64,000 nucleotides of DNA from a virus (lineage: Duplodnaviria; Caudoviricetes). Shown piece after piece: positions 46,496 through 54,009 of the stretch (positions are counted from its first letter, which is position 1; each line of letters opens with the position of its first letter). Where the stretch lies: positions 4,410 to 68,409 of IMG/VR virus record IMGVR_UViG_2788500234_000002; one strand, given 5' to 3'. The notes below the pieces were generated by a model. That model saw only the letters and a list, made by a program, of their open reading frames with translations, made no database searches and was not told the DNA's origin. The translations under genes were made by a program, and so were the position numbers.

Positions 46496-46591
46496 TGTAC
46501 ACGGGTGTACACGAATGTACACGGCATTTTAGACACAAAAACGCCCCGAATTGTGAAAATTCAGGGCGTTTCGTGTACATTTTCGTGTACA
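46496..46591. repeat. TGTACACG repeats (3 direct, 2 inverted), probable integrase arm-type sites
   Basis: Direct at 46496, 46506, 46516 (10-bp period); inverted CGTGTACA at 46572, 46584; AAACGCCC/GGGCGTTT hairpin between; 35 bp from tRNA 3' end. Confidence 0.65.
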
Positions 46592-46625
46592 CTTTCCGTA
46601 AGCCTTTGACACTCAATGTGTATTG

Positions 46626-46710
46626 CGGAGAGGGAGGGATTCGAACCCCCGGAGCCTTTCAGCTCAACAGTTTTCAAGACTGCCGTAATCGACCACTCTA
46701 CCACCTCTCC
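46626..46710 (-). tRNA. tRNA-Ser (TGA)
   Basis: GGAGAGG/CCTCTCC acceptor stem, anticodon arm GCAGT-CTTGAAA-ACTGT, long variable arm, GGTTCGAATCC T-loop; CCA not encoded. Confidence 0.96.
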
Positions 46711-46769
46711 TGTGATTCCAACAAAACTAATCAAACCTTATCGGAACATGCTGTTCCAAAATTGGAGTG

Positions 46770-46800
46770 CAAAGGTAACATTATTTTTTCAAACTACAAA
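46770..46800 (-). promoter_or_regulatory. Promoter of tRNA-Ser
   Basis: Minus strand TTTG-N19-TACCTTTG. Confidence 0.75.
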
Positions 46801-46870
46801 AATACTTTAAGGTACCGAGCGGAATCCGGCCTAAAACCGGACTAAAGCATACCCGTTTTCCCCGGATCCG

Positions 46871-46901
46871 TTTGGAATTTCAATGCCATTTATTAAATTT
46901 G
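46871..46901 (+). promoter_or_regulatory. Host rightward promoter
   Basis: TTTG-N19-TAAATTTG followed by ~200-nt leader. Confidence 0.65.
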
Positions 46902-47218
46902 TCACAGCGTAAACTGCCACAGCGTAAACAAGCAGATTGAAATATCGGGAATCATAAGAAAGGTGTCCTTCCGAAGAAATCGCCAAATTTCAAGTTATAC
47001 GGGACACGTCGGCTCTCCCCTCCAAAAGGGGCGGGCCGCCATTCACTCCGGAAGGCATCGCCAATAACCTACAGTAATAAAACAAAATCAAAACAAACAA
47101 TAAACAAATGCAATTACAACCAGCTATTTACGACAGTGTAAGCCACTTTTGAAGAATCTGTTTTTGTATTTGTTTTGATGATATTTGGTGTATTTTTGTT
47201 GCTTATTTGTTACTTGTA

Positions 47219-47249
47219 TTTGCTGGGTAACAAAAAATGCCTACCTTTG
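47219..47249 (+). promoter_or_regulatory. Integrase promoter
   Basis: TTTG-N19-TACCTTTG, 27 nt before MAKKK start. Confidence 0.7.
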
Positions 47250-47275
47250 TAGTGGTAACATTCAATAGTAGCATT

Positions 47276-48424
47276 ATGGCAAAGAAAAAGAAAGCTGTCA
47301 AGGCTAAAGAGCCGATCAGATTACGATTCAAGGAACTTGCGAACGGGAATAAAAGTTTGTATCTGGACACTTATAGGGATGGGAAACGATCTTATGAGTT
47401 TCTGAAACTCTACCTTATACCGGAAACAAATGAGGAAGCCAAGATGAGGAATGCTAATACTCTACAGGCTGCAAACTCTATCAAAGCGCAAAAGATCATC
47501 GAACTTACCAATGGAGAAGCTGGAATTAGCAAAAATTCCACCAGATCAAAGATGCTTCTAATGGACTGGATGAGGTACTACAGCGAGCACAAGCTAAAGA
47601 CTGGGCAAAGTGCCGCTTTTCATATCCAGATAGATAAGGCTATAAAGCACCTCATTAAATATAAAGGTGAAGATATTACGATGAAAGAAGTGGATAAGGC
47701 TTATTGCATCGGCTTTATAGACTATCTGAATAATGCCAAACGGAAAGATGGAAAACCGATGGCTAAAGTTACAACCGCAGGTTATTTTAGGTGCTTGAAT
47801 TGTGCCCTAAATCTTGCTGTAAAGGAAGAGATCATTCCTTATAATCCAATTTCAAAAATAAATTCAGATGATCGAATCAAAATACCAGAAAGCACACGGG
47901 AATACCTGACTGTTGAGGAGGTAAAAAAGTTGATAGCAGAAAAATGTATCAATGAACCGACCAAACAAGCGTATTTATTCAGTTGCTTTTGTGGGTTAAG
48001 ATTGGGCGACATTCAGGCTTTGACTTGGGGAGATATTATTTTAGATGGCACACAATACAGGGCAAGAATAGTGATGAAGAAAACACAAAAAACACTCTAT
48101 TTGCCTTTGTCCGATGAGGCTTTGAAGTGGATGCCTGAACGGGGAGAGGCAAAAGATACGGATAAAGTTTTTCATCTTCCTTACCCTACTTACATAAATG
48201 TAGTGCTGAAAACATGGGCGCAAAATTGTGGAATAACAAAGACGGTGACATTTCACACCGCCCGGCATACATTCGCCACAATGATGCTTACATTGGGGGC
48301 TGATCTTTACACTACGAGCAAACTATTAGGGCATACACAAGTAAAAACTACCCAAATATATGCTAAGATAGTTGATAAGAAAAAAGATGAGGCGGTGAAC
48401 CTTGTAAATGAAATCTTCAAATAA
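47276..48424 (+). CDS. Tyrosine integrase (Bacteroidales type)
   Basis: N-terminal arm-binding SLYLDTY..RSYEFLKLYL; FSCFCGLR, TFHTARHTFAT, LLGHTQVKTTQIYA catalytic motifs; start taken at MAKKK. Confidence 0.95.
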   Translation: MAKKKKAVKAKEPIRLRFKELANGNKSLYLDTYRDGKRSYEFLKLYLIPETNEEAKMRNANTLQAANSIKAQKIIELTNGEAGISKNSTRSKMLLMDWMRYYSEHKLKTGQSAAFHIQIDKAIKHLIKYKGEDITMKEVDKAYCIGFIDYLNNAKRKDGKPMAKVTTAGYFRCLNCALNLAVKEEIIPYNPISKINSDDRIKIPESTREYLTVEEVKKLIAEKCINEPTKQAYLFSCFCGLRLGDIQALTWGDIILDGTQYRARIVMKKTQKTLYLPLSDEALKWMPERGEAKDTDKVFHLPYPTYINVVLKTWAQNCGITKTVTFHTARHTFATMMLTLGADLYTTSKLLGHTQVKTTQIYAKIVDKKKDEAVNLVNEIFK

Positions 48425-48431
48425 TGGATCT

Positions 48432-48611
48432 ATGGGCAAAGCTAAGAAAATGAAATGCAAGGTGTGTGGCTATGAATGGCTACAATATGAGGGAATAGGA
48501 CTGCAAGGAATAGAGATTGATCCTAAAGAAGATAAAGATATTATCAAATGCCCTCAATGCAATACAACAGATGTAGAACCAGATGAAAAGGAACATATCC
48601 TATGGGATTAA
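48432..48611 (+). CDS. Small zinc-ribbon protein
   Basis: CKVC..CPQC; 59 aa from MGKAKK. Confidence 0.6.
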   Translation: MGKAKKMKCKVCGYEWLQYEGIGLQGIEIDPKEDKDIIKCPQCNTTDVEPDEKEHILWD

Positions 48612-48904
48612 ATAATTGCTTTTCTGGCATACCAGAAGATTATACAAATTACAGGTGGTATAAGGGCGAACAAATGAATCCATACACAAAAGACACATTC
48701 CACCCCTTAGCCGCTTCTTTTTGGGAATATGAGCGTATCTTCCACTTGGGGTATCTTGGCAAGGCTGACACAAACAAAAGCCTTACAGAAGCCTACAATA
48801 AGTGGAAAGAAGAGTTTATCAATGATTATTTACCCGGTAAATCTCCAAATCCCTATGGTGACAACACCGACTGGGAAAAGGTTTTTGAAACGGGTTTGAA
48901 ATAG
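48602..48904 (+). CDS. Hypothetical protein
   Basis: 100 aa, overlapping upstream gene. Confidence 0.7.
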   Translation: MGLNNCFSGIPEDYTNYRWYKGEQMNPYTKDTFHPLAASFWEYERIFHLGYLGKADTNKSLTEAYNKWKEEFINDYLPGKSPNPYGDNTDWEKVFETGLK

Positions 48905-48927
48905 AATGTTTAAGAAAGCGGGTAACA

Positions 48928-50094
48928 ATGAACAAGACTATAGAACGAGAATACTTTAAGGCTTTTGAACGTGGCGGCACTGCCTATAAATGTGTAGAGG
49001 TGATAAAGCGCAAATATGATTTAGGATATTTGCCACAGAACACGCCAGAAGAAGAAAACGAGTTGGCACAACTTTCTCCAGAGGAAGAAAGAGAACATAA
49101 GAAATGGGAGCATTTTTATAATGTGGTATTGCCCGATCAGATCATACGGGAAACTGAATCTTTTGATTTTAGTGTCATAGATGGTGGGCGTATCTCCAGA
49201 ATTATTGAGGAAATAGAAGCCAATCTGAATGAGTGCAAAAGTGAAGCTGATAGAGAACGCTATTTATTCTCTTTGCTTTGTCCATTTGAAAGCACAATCA
49301 ACTTTTGTTATCCGATAGCCAATCTTGAACGGTTGGAGAAAGAGATCAATGAATGTAATGCCTCAAATGAATCAGAAGCGTGCGCATATTATCAAAAAGA
49401 TATTGATAGAATCAAGCACATACAAGATCGCTTAATAGATTTATGTTGGCAAGAGCATGAAAAAGGCACTGTAGAATATTGCTTTATGCGATGGTTTAGA
49501 AGTGCTAAGTCATTTTCCGATAGACTGGATGCCTTATTGCTTACTTATGGTATTGATTTGCTGGAACTGCAAAAGAAGAGTGGTATATATATAAAGCCAA
49601 AGTGCAGAAGTATAACTGATGTTGCTTATTACATTGGTAGCTATGAATTGGCACAACATTATATCTATACTTTGCCAAGTCATTCAAAATCTGATACAGA
49701 CCAAAGGAATGTCTATAAATCTGTTGAGAATAATACGTTTCACACAGGTAGTGATGAGGGGTACTTAACATCTGTATTTAGCAAGTTAAAAGATAACAAG
49801 TACATTGATGCGAACACTGATGTATCTACATGGTTGTACATTTGTGGAAAAGGTAATGTAGAAACGTTCACACCTATAAATTGGATGAGGAAGCAACAAG
49901 AATTAGCGTATCTCATAGATGCCTTATTTGGTGACACAGATCGTTATTTTTGGGAGATAACACAAAAAGTTTTTAGAGTAAAGGGAAGAACACCAAATAC
50001 AGATTCTATGAAATCTTTCCTCTCTAAAATAAGGAATAATTGGAAAGATAAACCAGATGAAATAGATGAATTAAAGGAGATTTTACGAGCGTAG
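48928..50094 (+). CDS. Hypothetical cargo protein
   Basis: 388 aa, AT-rich; no motif I can name. Confidence 0.75.
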   Translation: MNKTIEREYFKAFERGGTAYKCVEVIKRKYDLGYLPQNTPEEENELAQLSPEEEREHKKWEHFYNVVLPDQIIRETESFDFSVIDGGRISRIIEEIEANLNECKSEADRERYLFSLLCPFESTINFCYPIANLERLEKEINECNASNESEACAYYQKDIDRIKHIQDRLIDLCWQEHEKGTVEYCFMRWFRSAKSFSDRLDALLLTYGIDLLELQKKSGIYIKPKCRSITDVAYYIGSYELAQHYIYTLPSHSKSDTDQRNVYKSVENNTFHTGSDEGYLTSVFSKLKDNKYIDANTDVSTWLYICGKGNVETFTPINWMRKQQELAYLIDALFGDTDRYFWEITQKVFRVKGRTPNTDSMKSFLSKIRNNWKDKPDEIDELKEILRA

Positions 50095-50122
50095 ATTTAT
50101 AGATTAGATAACATTACATAAC

Positions 50123-50157
50123 AGAAAGGGTTACGGTTGGTTACTGTAACCCTTTCT
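50123..50157 (+). terminator. Intrinsic terminator
   Basis: Perfect 12-bp stem AGAAAGGGTTAC / GTAACCCTTTCT. Confidence 0.75.
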
Positions 50158-50243
50158 TCTTATAATAACACGATAGATTTGCACCATGTTAAACAGACAG
50201 CGGGGCAAGTGTACATAGTTCCAAAGTCACAAAATGATCGACA

Positions 50244-50528
50244 ATGGAAGAGAAATTAGATAAGATTCTGGCTTATTCCTTATTAGGTGCAAAAAATGTG
50301 CTGACAATGGAAGATGCCTCTTTATTAACGGGGTTGAGAAAAGCAACTTTGTACAGTATGACTTGTAAACGTCAGATACCTTACTATAAAAAGGGTAGAA
50401 TTGTTTACTTTGACCGTGCAGAATTAGAGGCATGGATGAAGCAAAATAGAGTTCCTACACAACAGGAAACAGAACGCAATGCGATTGCATACGTAGTGAC
50501 AGGAAAGCAGAAAGGAGGCGCACAATGA
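50244..50528 (+). CDS. Excisionase-family helix-turn-helix protein
   Basis: VLTMEDASLLTGLRKATLYSMTCKRQIPYYK..VYFDRAELEAW. Confidence 0.85.
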   Translation: MEEKLDKILAYSLLGAKNVLTMEDASLLTGLRKATLYSMTCKRQIPYYKKGRIVYFDRAELEAWMKQNRVPTQQETERNAIAYVVTGKQKGGAQ

Positions 50529-50986
50529 TACTGACGGATTACTATAGGCTGGTGCGCTTACAGGAATACGCCCAGAACAAGACACCCCGATTTGACTGCA
50601 TCGCCTCAACTGGTGAATATCCAAAGTTTGAAGAAATGGCGGCAAGAAGCAAGGTGAAGCGTTTCTATTGCTACTACAATGGAATCCCGGATTCATTCTC
50701 AAACAGAGCCAGACAAAAGGCAGAGAGAGCCATTACAAGCACTAAAAACATAAGCAGCGTATTTATTCCGAACATTAATAAACCGCTGTTTGGTTTTGGT
50801 GATGTAAAAGGCACACAGGACGCTATCCTCTTTGTGTTCTCAGCGGATTACAATCTGATGGAGATATTCATAGCAAGAGGATATAAGCACCAACAGAGAG
50901 CCTTGTATAATGCGATGGTAAAAGGTGAACTAAGCGCAGAAATCTACAAAATTAGGCAAATGGCTATCAACTTAACAAGATATTGA
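50525..50986 (+). CDS. Hypothetical protein
   Basis: 153 aa, coupled to HTH gene. Confidence 0.7.
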   Translation: MILTDYYRLVRLQEYAQNKTPRFDCIASTGEYPKFEEMAARSKVKRFYCYYNGIPDSFSNRARQKAERAITSTKNISSVFIPNINKPLFGFGDVKGTQDAILFVFSADYNLMEIFIARGYKHQQRALYNAMVKGELSAEIYKIRQMAINLTRY

Positions 50987-50987
50987 T

Positions 50988-51641
50988 ATGGATCAAAAGT
51001 GTATCAATGGCTTTATGAATGCTATAAATTCCCAATATAGTACATTCAATAGATTTAAGATTACAGATTATGATGAGGCAACAATCAGAGAGTTTTTGAA
51101 GATTTGCTATCAGAAAGAGGTTGAAATTAGAAGAAAGCAATTTAGGGAAGATGAGCAGATCAAATCACTTTTGAACAAGGCTGCAAAATGGCTTTGCTGT
51201 GATTGCAAGGTTGGATTATTGCTTTATGGTGGAGTTGGAAATGGCAAATCTACCTTATCTCGTGCTATATGCAAACTAATAGAGATGTTATATCCTAACA
51301 ATAGATTTGACGCAAAAGAAAATGCGCCTACGATTATTACAGCACTTGAGCTTGCTAAAATAGCAATAGATGAAAATCAACAGTTCTGCAAGATAAAAGA
51401 ATGCTCAAAGTTGATTATAGATGATTTAGGGACAGAGCCACCAACTATTAAAAGTTGGGGAAATGAAATATCTCCATTAACGGAAACTCTATACAATCGG
51501 TACGATAAGCAATTATTTACCATTGCCACATCAAATCTCAATGACAAGGAAATTAAGGAGCGTTACGGCATCCGTATCGCTGATAGAATTGAAGAAATGT
51601 TTGATAAGTTGTATTTCAATGGAAACAGCTACAGGAGATAA
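50988..51641 (+). CDS. DnaC/IstB-like ATPase
   Basis: GGVGNGKS, IIDDLGTEP, ATSNL, RYGIRIADRIEEM. Confidence 0.85.
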   Translation: MDQKCINGFMNAINSQYSTFNRFKITDYDEATIREFLKICYQKEVEIRRKQFREDEQIKSLLNKAAKWLCCDCKVGLLLYGGVGNGKSTLSRAICKLIEMLYPNNRFDAKENAPTIITALELAKIAIDENQQFCKIKECSKLIIDDLGTEPPTIKSWGNEISPLTETLYNRYDKQLFTIATSNLNDKEIKERYGIRIADRIEEMFDKLYFNGNSYRR

Positions 51642-52311
51642 GGGCATTAGGGATTCATTCATATTCTACAGGAGCTTCCAAGAAGCAATAGACGGCTGTA
51701 GTAAAGAGGATCAATTAGTCATATACAAAGCCATAGCCAATTATGCTTTAGATAGAATTGAGCCTGAACTATCTGGAGTTGCAAAAGTTGTCTGGGTGCT
51801 TATAAAACCGCAACTTGATGCAAACTGGAAACGGTTCTACAATGGATGCAAAGGTGCAGAGTTTGGTGTGAAAGGTGGTGCGCCCAAAGGAAATAAAAAC
51901 GCATACAAGGGCAAAACAACCCCAAAACAACCCCAAGTAAACCCCTTAGCCGTTGAAAAATCAACCCCTAATAATAATGTAAATGACAATGTAAATAATA
52001 ATGATAATTGTAATGTTAATGTAGAAATAAAAGCACATACAAAGAGTGAAACGAAGCGTTTCACTAAACCAAGTATAGATGAAATAGAAAAATACATTTC
52101 TGAGAACTCATATTCTGTAAATGCTCAATCTTTTTATGATTACTATGAATCAAATGGCTGGATGGTTGGTAGAAATAAAATGAAAGATTGGAAAGCAGCA
52201 ATACGGAAATGGGAACACAGCGAATGGAATAATAAAAACAAAACTCCTAAACTAAGTTTTGAAATGGCTGGATCAGACAATAGAGAGGGAGAATTTACAA
52301 CAACACTTTAA
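51619..52311 (+). CDS. Replication initiator (DUF6291-like N-terminus)
   Basis: SFIFYRSF..AIANYALD N-terminus; C-terminal YYESNGWMVGRNKMKDW domain shared with prophage initiator; start taken at METATG. Confidence 0.75.
   Translation: METATGDKGIRDSFIFYRSFQEAIDGCSKEDQLVIYKAIANYALDRIEPELSGVAKVVWVLIKPQLDANWKRFYNGCKGAEFGVKGGAPKGNKNAYKGKTTPKQPQVNPLAVEKSTPNNNVNDNVNNNDNCNVNVEIKAHTKSETKRFTKPSIDEIEKYISENSYSVNAQSFYDYYESNGWMVGRNKMKDWKAAIRKWEHSEWNNKNKTPKLSFEMAGSDNREGEFTTTL
51913..51968 (+). repeat. AAAACAACCCC iteron-like repeats, probable element origin
   Basis: Tandem copies 51913 and 51924, partial copies 51939 and 51963, then AT-rich AAT repeats. Confidence 0.5.
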
Positions 52312-52322
52312 AAACAAAAATT

Positions 52323-52499
52323 ATGGACGCAGAAGAAAGACTGAAAAAGTTGGAAGCGGATATGCAGAATGTTATAGCCGCAAAGGATAAAGAGATAGAG
52401 GAACTCAAAAAGCAACTGGAGGAAGCTAAAAAGCTGCCAGAAGATGATGCGGATGATGAGTATGCAGAAGAACTTGTAGAAAAACTAAGTGCCAAATAA
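52323..52499 (+). CDS. Small acidic coiled-coil protein (58 aa, below ORF-track cutoff)
   Basis: MDAEERLKKLEADMQNVIAAKDKEIEELKKQLEEAKKLPEDDADDEYAEELVEKLSAK fills the gap between neighbours. Confidence 0.7.
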   Translation: MDAEERLKKLEADMQNVIAAKDKEIEELKKQLEEAKKLPEDDADDEYAEELVEKLSAK

Positions 52500-52502
52500 T
52501 TT

Positions 52503-53180
52503 ATGCTTATGGAAGAAAGAATACTGGTCTATAAAGATCCTGTTGAGTATGACGGCACAATAAAGCGTTACCAATGGCTTGCAAAGATGATGCAAGAATT
52601 GGCAGACGGGCTTAAAAAGCTGAATGTTGAGCCAACCATAACTCTGATAAAACGCCTCATTAAAGGAGAAGATTTGAGGGCGTTAATTGCCTCAAAGAAT
52701 GTATCTGACAATTTCGGGGATATGCCTAAAGTTATGCAGAAAACCTTTCAGGAAATGTTCGACAAAGAAAATGAGGCTGATTACAAAGAACTCATAGAGG
52801 AAAAGGCTGCAAGAATTGGGGGCGTGCTGAATAAAGGAGAGTACATCATTAATCGATCTTTCTTTGATTTGAAAGATGGTAAAATTATCCTTTCTCCAGA
52901 TCATATCAAGGAAATTGAATCCCGTTGTTGCGTCTATATTGATACTCCGGGAAGAGAAGCCGTTTATAAGAATTGGCTTCAACTGGTAGAAGCAATGCGC
53001 CAATTTGATGAGGCTGTGAAGAACGCTGCCAAGATAGAAGTGTCAGAGTTTCAAAGGCATAGTGGGATTGATCCGGATTACTTACAAGCAGTAGCAGTTC
53101 CGGGGAGATTTTCACTGGCAAAGATCAACTATGAGGGTAAATTAGTGTTGAATGGAGAAAACTTTGAGTATATCCAGTAG
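52503..53180 (+). CDS. Hypothetical protein
   Basis: 225 aa. Confidence 0.7.
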   Translation: MLMEERILVYKDPVEYDGTIKRYQWLAKMMQELADGLKKLNVEPTITLIKRLIKGEDLRALIASKNVSDNFGDMPKVMQKTFQEMFDKENEADYKELIEEKAARIGGVLNKGEYIINRSFFDLKDGKIILSPDHIKEIESRCCVYIDTPGREAVYKNWLQLVEAMRQFDEAVKNAAKIEVSEFQRHSGIDPDYLQAVAVPGRFSLAKINYEGKLVLNGENFEYIQ

Positions 53181-53197
53181 CAGCATTATTGAGAATG

Positions 53198-53225
53198 ATT
53201 ACAGAGGGCTTAGGCTCTCTGTAAT
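53198..53225 (+). terminator. Hairpin, possible terminator
   Basis: ATTACAGAG / CTCTGTAAT inverted repeat. Confidence 0.5.
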
Positions 53226-53259
53226 TTCATAAAACGGCATAAAAACGGCATTAAGTGAT

Positions 53260-53727
53260 ATGGGAAAAGGTGTAAAAGGCTTTCAAAGAGGCAATAAGGT
53301 GGGCTTACAGAATCGCTTTTCGGCTGAAAAACAGCCCCAAAAACGAGGCAGAAAACCATCTATGTATAAGAAAGCGTTGGATTCTGGATGTGAATTGAGC
53401 AAAGAGGACTTTGTATATGTAATCCGGTGCTTGCTTGAAATGAGCGTTGGAGAATTGCAACAGCTACTTTCCAAATCGGCAAAGTCTGAAATAGAGTTGC
53501 CTATATGGGTTGAGGCTTTCATCAAAGGATTGTTTGCCGATGTAAAGCGTGGACGGACTGACTTATTCAGATATTCCATGAATCTTATATTTGGGAAAGA
53601 GCCTCAACACATACAAATAACCAATAATATTAACCAAGTTAATTATACATCACCGGATATATCGGTTCTTTCTGATGAGGAAAAGGAAGTGTTTGTTTCT
53701 TTATGGCAAAAGACACATAGAAAGTGA
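53260..53727 (+). CDS. Terminase-small-subunit-like protein
   Basis: GFQRGNKVG..RFS..QP.KRGRKP N-terminus, IFGK, C-terminal LSDEE motif as in many TerS. Confidence 0.5.
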   Translation: MGKGVKGFQRGNKVGLQNRFSAEKQPQKRGRKPSMYKKALDSGCELSKEDFVYVIRCLLEMSVGELQQLLSKSAKSEIELPIWVEAFIKGLFADVKRGRTDLFRYSMNLIFGKEPQHIQITNNINQVNYTSPDISVLSDEEKEVFVSLWQKTHRK

Positions 53728-53771
53728 TTTATAACCAGTTCCAGCATAAGGAGCATAAATAGCAGAACATT

Positions 53772-54005
53772 ATGAGTATTAATTGTAAAGAGATAGAGCA
53801 TTATAAAGAAGTCATTGTTAAGGCAGCGGGAAATGATCTATATCACAGTGATTGCCCGGAACTGCAACTTGACACTTTAGCACTTATTGTTGATGGGTTA
53901 GTTAAAGACAATAAAGATGGAAAGAATGAGCAACTTATAGGTTTTCTTGCCCATATAGGCAAATCCCTCAACGAGTTAATCAAGTATCGTAATTTAATGA
54001 AGTAA
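53772..54005 (+). CDS. Hypothetical protein
   Basis: 77 aa before TMP. Confidence 0.6.
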   Translation: MSINCKEIEHYKEVIVKAAGNDLYHSDCPELQLDTLALIVDGLVKDNKDGKNEQLIGFLAHIGKSLNELIKYRNLMK

Positions 54006-54009
54006 ATGT

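Larger units (their letters stand above)
1..46625 (+). mobile_element. Temperate siphovirus-like prophage (left end outside window), right end at tRNA-Ser 3' end
   Basis: Co-oriented recombination, replication, terminase, portal, capsid, tail, tape measure and lysis genes ending just before the 3' end of a tRNA; integrase/repressor not in window; exact att core cannot be defined without the left junction. Confidence 0.93.

Noticed and set aside
46496-46591. CRISPR array
   Set aside because: 8-bp units with 2-4-nt gaps, no spacers, no cas genes; no CRISPR array seen anywhere in the window
46626-46710. tRNA-Ser as the insertion site of the 15.4-kb element
   Set aside because: The element lies about 415 bp upstream of the tRNA 5' end, no tRNA fragment is seen at its right end, and TATTTAC repeats define other boundaries
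46288-46845. 185-aa minus-strand ORF
   Set aside because: Overlaps the tRNA, att repeats and lysis gene; spurious
46902-47107. Known riboswitch in the host leader
   Set aside because: Could not match TPP, cobalamin, FMN or SAM consensus elements by eye; reported only as a structured leader
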